A program made the position numbers and the translations under genes. A stretch of DNA of 64,000 nucleotides from Synechococcales cyanobacterium VAR_4_metabat_354 (lineage in GTDB: Bacteria > Cyanobacteriota > Cyanobacteriia > Cyanobacteriales > Chamaesiphonaceae), in assembly GCA_031414775.1 (NCBI GenBank), contig JANOQI010000042.1, positions 46,574-110,573 of the forward strand, given 5' to 3'. The notes under the pieces are model-generated. The model ran no database searches. It saw nothing but the letters and a program-made list of their open reading frames with translations, and was not told the DNA's origin. Numbering within the stretch: the stretch's first letter is position 1; each line of letters opens with the position of its first letter. Below, one piece after another: positions 59,361 through 64,000 of the stretch.

Positions 59361-62183
59361 ATGGCGACGATTGACCAAAATAAGATTCGGATTACTGGTG
59401 CTAGACAGCACAACCTGAAGAATGTCAGTTTAGAGTTACCGCGCGATCAGCTAATTGTGTTCACGGGTATTTCTGGCTCTGGCAAATCATCGTTGGCTTT
59501 TGATACGATTTTTGCTGAAGGCCAACGGCGTTATGTGGAGTCTCTAAGTGCCTATGCTCGGCAGTTTTTAGGCCAGCTTGATAAGCCGGAAGTAGATGCG
59601 ATCGAAGGCCTAAGTCCAGCGATTTCGATCGATCAAAAATCTACTTCCAATAATCCTCGCTCCACCGTCGGTACTGTCACCGAGATTTACGACTATTTTC
59701 GGCTGCTTTTTGGCCGCGCCGGACTGCCCCATTGTCCTCACTGCGACCGAGCCATTTCGCCCCAAACGATCGATGAAATGTGCGATCGAGTGATGGCACT
59801 GCCCGATAAAACTAAGTTTCAGATTCTAGCGCCGGTCATGCGCGGTAAGAAAGGCACTCATCAAAAGCTGTTGTCCAGTCTGACTGCTGGTGGCTTTGTG
59901 CGGGTGCGGATCAACGGCGAAATCCGGGAGCTGGCCGACCAAATTGAGCTAGATAAAAATCAAAAGCATTCGATCGAGATTGTGATCGACAGACTAGTAA
60001 AAAAAGCCGGTATCAATTCGCGCTTGGCCGATTCTTTGGGGACTTGCCTGAAGCAATCCGAAGGAATGGCGATCATTAATATTTTGGCCGATGATGCTGA
60101 CATCCCCGATCTAGTTTTTTCCGAGAAGTTCGCCTGCCCCGAACACGGAGCGGTGATGGAAGAGCTATCCCCTCGCTTGTTCTCGTTTAACTCGCCCTAC
60201 GGCGCTTGTCCCCATTGCCACGGCTTGGGCAACCTGCGCTTATTTGCGGAAGAACTAATCATTCCCGACCCCACCGCACAGGTGTACTGTGCCATTCTGC
60301 CCTGGTCGGATAAAGATAATTCTTACTATTTGTCACTGCTGTATAGTCTGGGGCAAGCTTACAACTTTGAACTAAGTACTAAGTGGCAAGACCTCACCAC
60401 CGAACAACGGCAGTTGATATTGCAAGGTACCAATGAACCGGTATGGATGGAACAGATCGGCGAGTTTCGACATTTTCGCGGCGTACTCAAGATTCTGCAA
60501 CGTCAGTATAATGATGCTTCCGAACTACAAAAGCAGCGCCTCGAAAATTATTTAGTCGATCGTCCTTGCCCGGTTTGTAATGGCGATCGACTGAAGCCCG
60601 AAGCCCTCTCGGTAAAGATGGGTCAGTACAATATCTTGGATTTCACCAACTGTGCGATCGATCAATGCCTAGCACGAATCAATCAAGTGACGCTTAATGA
60701 ACGGCAGGCCAAAATAGCGGAGTTGGTTTTGCAAGAAATTCGGGCAAGGCTGCGCTTTTTGCTGGATGTGGGTTTAGATTATCTGACCCTATCCCGATCG
60801 GCCACAACATTGTCTGGTGGTGAAGCCCAACGAATTAGGTTGGCTACCCAGATTGGCTCTGGTTTAACGGGTGTGTTATATGTGCTGGATGAGCCAAGCA
60901 TCGGTCTGCACCAGCGGGATAACGATCGACTGTTAGCCACCTTGGTGAAGCTTCGCGATCTGGGAAACACCTTGATTGTGGTAGAACATGATGAAGACAC
61001 CATTCGCGCCGCCGACCATTTGGTGGATATTGGTCCTGGTGCTGGGGTACATGGTGGGGCTATAGTTGCCCAAGGAAATTTAGCTGATATTTTAGCCGTA
61101 GAAGAATCGATTACTGGTGCTTATCTATCCGGTCGGAAAGCGATCGCCACGCCCACGGAGCGTCGCCCCGGTTCTGGTTTAAAGATTGGTCTGAAGAAAG
61201 CTAAACGCCACAATCTGCAAAATTTAAATGTGGATTTTCCGCTAGGAATGTTAGTTTCGATCACCGGGGTTTCTGGTTCTGGGAAATCAACGCTGGTGAA
61301 CGATTTACTTTATCCAGCTCTGCAACACCACTTAACTAAGCGAGTACCATTCCCAACCGATTTAGGGGAATTGCAAGGGATTAGTGCGATCGATAAAGTA
61401 ATTGTGATCGATCAATCGCCGATCGGACGGACACCGCGCTCCAATCCGGCTACTTACACCGGCATTTTCGATCTAATTCGGGATGTATTTTCCCAGACGA
61501 TCGAAGCCAAAACGCGGGGCTATCGGCCAGGGCAGTTTTCTTTTAATGTCAAAGGTGGCCGCTGTGAAGCCTGTAGCGGTCAGGGCGTAAATATCATTGA
61601 GATGAACTTTTTGCCGGATGTGTATGTAACTTGTGAAGTTTGCAAAGGAGCACGTTACAACCGCGAAACATTGCAGGTGAAGTACAAGGAGATGTCGATT
61701 GCTGATGTGTTGGCGATGACGATAGAAGATGCGCTGGAATTTTTCACTAATATTCCGCGAGCGGCGACCAAGTTACAAACTTTAGTGGATGTAGGTTTAG
61801 GTTATGTGACCCTCGGCCAGACGGCTCCTACCCTATCGGGGGGCGAGGCGCAGCGGATGAAGCTGGCAGCGGAGTTGTCGAAACGAGCCACTGGTAAGAC
61901 GCTGTATTTGATTGATGAACCGACCACTGGCTTGTCTTTCTATGATGTCCACAAGTTAATGGATGTGTTGCAGCGGCTGGTCGATAAGGGAAATTCGGTG
62001 ATTGCGATCGAACACAACTTAGATGTGATTCGTTGCAGTGATTGGGTGATTGATTTGGGGCCAGACGGTGGTGGTCGGGGTGGTCAGATCGTAGGTGTAG
62101 GGACACCGGAAGCGATCGCCAAAAATCCGAAATCGCACACTGGTAAATATCTCAAGAAAGTTTTAAAACGTAAAGCCCTCTAA
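59361..62183 (+). CDS. uvrA: Excinuclease ABC subunit A
   Basis: GARQHNLKN, two Walker A (GSGKSS, GSGKST), Zn fingers, two LSGGEAQR. Confidence 0.98.
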   Translation: MATIDQNKIRITGARQHNLKNVSLELPRDQLIVFTGISGSGKSSLAFDTIFAEGQRRYVESLSAYARQFLGQLDKPEVDAIEGLSPAISIDQKSTSNNPRSTVGTVTEIYDYFRLLFGRAGLPHCPHCDRAISPQTIDEMCDRVMALPDKTKFQILAPVMRGKKGTHQKLLSSLTAGGFVRVRINGEIRELADQIELDKNQKHSIEIVIDRLVKKAGINSRLADSLGTCLKQSEGMAIINILADDADIPDLVFSEKFACPEHGAVMEELSPRLFSFNSPYGACPHCHGLGNLRLFAEELIIPDPTAQVYCAILPWSDKDNSYYLSLLYSLGQAYNFELSTKWQDLTTEQRQLILQGTNEPVWMEQIGEFRHFRGVLKILQRQYNDASELQKQRLENYLVDRPCPVCNGDRLKPEALSVKMGQYNILDFTNCAIDQCLARINQVTLNERQAKIAELVLQEIRARLRFLLDVGLDYLTLSRSATTLSGGEAQRIRLATQIGSGLTGVLYVLDEPSIGLHQRDNDRLLATLVKLRDLGNTLIVVEHDEDTIRAADHLVDIGPGAGVHGGAIVAQGNLADILAVEESITGAYLSGRKAIATPTERRPGSGLKIGLKKAKRHNLQNLNVDFPLGMLVSITGVSGSGKSTLVNDLLYPALQHHLTKRVPFPTDLGELQGISAIDKVIVIDQSPIGRTPRSNPATYTGIFDLIRDVFSQTIEAKTRGYRPGQFSFNVKGGRCEACSGQGVNIIEMNFLPDVYVTCEVCKGARYNRETLQVKYKEMSIADVLAMTIEDALEFFTNIPRAATKLQTLVDVGLGYVTLGQTAPTLSGGEAQRMKLAAELSKRATGKTLYLIDEPTTGLSFYDVHKLMDVLQRLVDKGNSVIAIEHNLDVIRCSDWVIDLGPDGGGRGGQIVGVGTPEAIAKNPKSHTGKYLKKVLKRKAL

Positions 62184-62209
62184 CTATCAAATTAATACCA
62201 AGAATAACT

Positions 62210-62809
62210 ATGATTACCAGAAAAGCAGTTGATTCGGATATTAGTGGCATCCTCAAACTACAGTCTTTGAACCTCTACACAAATTTATCAGAAGCAGAAA
62301 AAGCAACAGGATTTGTAACAACGCCATTTCAAAAGCCCCAGATCGAGGCGCTGATCGCTCAAGCTGGGGCTTTTGTAGTTGAGAGGGAAGATATAGTAGC
62401 GGGCTATGCCTTGGCTGGGAGCTGGGATTTTTTCTCTCAGTGGCCAATTTTTCCGTACATGGTGTCGCGGTTTCCGCAGCTTGAATTTCAAGGCAGTAAG
62501 ATTACGGTCGAGAATTCATTCCAGTATGGTCCGGTGTGTATTGATCGAACTTGGCGAGGTAGTAATGCTTTGCCATTGCTATTTGAGACCATGAGATCTT
62601 CTTTTCGAGAGGCGGCACCTACGAGTTGTGCTAGCCGTTATCAGATGGGAGTGACGTTTATCAATAAAAAGAATCCTCGATCGCTAGCCGCTCATACCCG
62701 CAAACTACAATTGGAAGTCATTGATGAGTTTGAATTTAATGGCAGTTCATTCCATGGCTTGGCGTTCTCGACTACAGCATCTGTCCAAATTTTACCTATG
62801 GCTAAATAG
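62210..62809 (+). CDS. GNAT-fold protein
   Basis: QYGPVCIDR..RG, TFINK.NPRSL.AH..KL. Confidence 0.8.
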   Translation: MITRKAVDSDISGILKLQSLNLYTNLSEAEKATGFVTTPFQKPQIEALIAQAGAFVVEREDIVAGYALAGSWDFFSQWPIFPYMVSRFPQLEFQGSKITVENSFQYGPVCIDRTWRGSNALPLLFETMRSSFREAAPTSCASRYQMGVTFINKKNPRSLAAHTRKLQLEVIDEFEFNGSSFHGLAFSTTASVQILPMAK

Positions 62810-62860
62810 TCTCGAAATCGATCGAGCAGTCCACGATCGGAATAATTTGCAGACTTGGAA

Positions 62861-63016
62861 TTAGCGAAATTTGCTTTTCACTTGTTCATATATTTCAGGG
62901 GTAATTTCAGCTACGCCCATTTCCTGAGCCGCATTTTCGATTTTTTTGCGGGCAGCGGAACGTACAAAGAAGGGAATCTCTTTAAGTTTGGCTTCGGATT
63001 CGGTAGTCCAGTTCAT
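62861..63016 (-). CDS. Stand-alone PCP_red (ChlB C-terminal-like) small protein
   Basis: MNWT.ESEAKLKEIPFFVR..ARKKIE..A...G...IT; start at ATG 63016. Confidence 0.82.
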   Translation of the reverse strand: MNWTTESEAKLKEIPFFVRSAARKKIENAAQEMGVAEITPEIYEQVKSKFR

Positions 63017-63292
63017 GGTTGGGATGTAAGTGATGATGTTGATTGTATCGGAGACTTGATGGATTTGATTGATCGGATGTTGATCGATCGACCATCGCAA
63101 TGGTCAAAAAAATCCAGACCTATTTGGAAACATTGGCAATTAATGGTTCTACGGATTTTCTCAAACATAGCAGCCTAGATATTCTTATCTTTACCTAGCT
63201 AAATATTTTAAAAAGTAGTTAAATAAAATACTGTTATAATATCGCACTTGTATACCGTTTATGTAATACAAGCTTACGCTGAGAGATAAAGA

Positions 63293-63865
63293 ATGACAGA
63301 TGAAAAAAAGAAAGGTTTTGGTTTAGGACAAATTGCTGCTGCCATATTTATTCCAGTGATTGCTAGTGGAACAGCGCCTTGGTGGTGGGACAAGGTTTTT
63401 GGAAACAATAATCAGCCGGCTCAAGTAGCCCAACAACCTACTCTACCCGATGTATCCGCTCCTCCAGCTTTATCGCCCAGTTCTCTGCCAACAATTAGTG
63501 CCAGTATTGCTCCAGCTCCTAGCCCTCTGGCGAGTGTTAGCGAACCAAAATCGCCTCCTCCAAGTACATCAAATGCTCCTGTTGATATCAAATGGTTTGA
63601 TAGTCCATCAAGCTTGGATATCAACACCAGCAAAGGACTTAAATTTGCATTCGCCTGCCCTCCTTCCGAGCAACCGATTAATCAACTATGGGGTACAGCT
63701 GCTTACACTAATAACTCTAGTGTCTGTTTGGCTGGAGTTCACTCTGGAGTAATTACTAAAGATCGTGGTGGGGTAGTAAACATCGAAGTTCGCGGTGGTC
63801 AGCCGAATTTTATTGGGAGTCAACGTTTCGGGGTGCTCAGTAAGGGCGAAGCATACATAAATTAA
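63293..63865 (+). CDS. Membrane-anchored LCCL domain protein, probably C-terminally truncated
   Basis: LWGT..YT.NSSVCLAGVHSGVI...GG.V...GS.R.GV.S; frame ends within a few codons at the IS boundary. Confidence 0.75.
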   Translation: MTDEKKKGFGLGQIAAAIFIPVIASGTAPWWWDKVFGNNNQPAQVAQQPTLPDVSAPPALSPSSLPTISASIAPAPSPLASVSEPKSPPPSTSNAPVDIKWFDSPSSLDINTSKGLKFAFACPPSEQPINQLWGTAAYTNNSSVCLAGVHSGVITKDRGGVVNIEVRGGQPNFIGSQRFGVLSKGEAYIN

Positions 63866-64000
63866 CCTGAGTTCGGGTTAAACAGAAGCCAGTAAATTGT
63901 GTTCCATAGCGATTCCTGGCTTCTTAGGTTGATGACAATAAGCAATCAATCCACAGAGAATGTTGACAAAGCAATTAACTGGAGAGCGATGCCGGGAATG
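63865..64000 (-). mobile_element. IS982-family insertion sequence, right end (runs off the window)
   Basis: Minus-strand 64000-63878 encodes [40 protein letters not shown], typical of IS982 transposase C-termini; terminal ACCTGAGTTCGGG follows the stop. Confidence 0.85.

Noticed and set aside
62855..63178. 107-aa plus-strand ORF
   Set aside because: Overlaps the better-supported PCP_red gene on the minus strand

Overview
Chromosomal window from a cyanobacterium (psb29/thf1, ftrC, cugP, PatA-type regulator, frequent CGATCG-core palindromes). It is mostly housekeeping and envelope genes: hisA, ilvE, tatC, lptA/B/FG, argG, rpsN, trmL, uvrA with a LexA box, tRNA-His. It also holds four Ser/Thr kinases, tandem S41 proteases and a chemosensory operon. 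The most unusual loci are: (1) a 1.3-kb segment (25146-26445) with an apparently intact rolling-circle HUH Rep gene and no integrase, a convergent unannotated 56-aa basic/hydrophobic ORF and a compact four-way-junction fold; (2) a cobalamin riboswitch (9448-9563, minus strand) whose only downstream genes are an unknown 154-aa protein and a membrane fatty-acid desaturase; (3) an overlapping-codon operon with two divergent HisRS-family genes flanking a long-form hisG; (4) a P-loop ATPase plus TPR two-gene module; (5) a chemosensory cluster ending in a CheB-type receiver with no methylesterase domain. An IS982-family element starts at the right edge, next to an LCCL gene that looks truncated. All calls come from reading motifs by eye; no database searches or folding programs were run.
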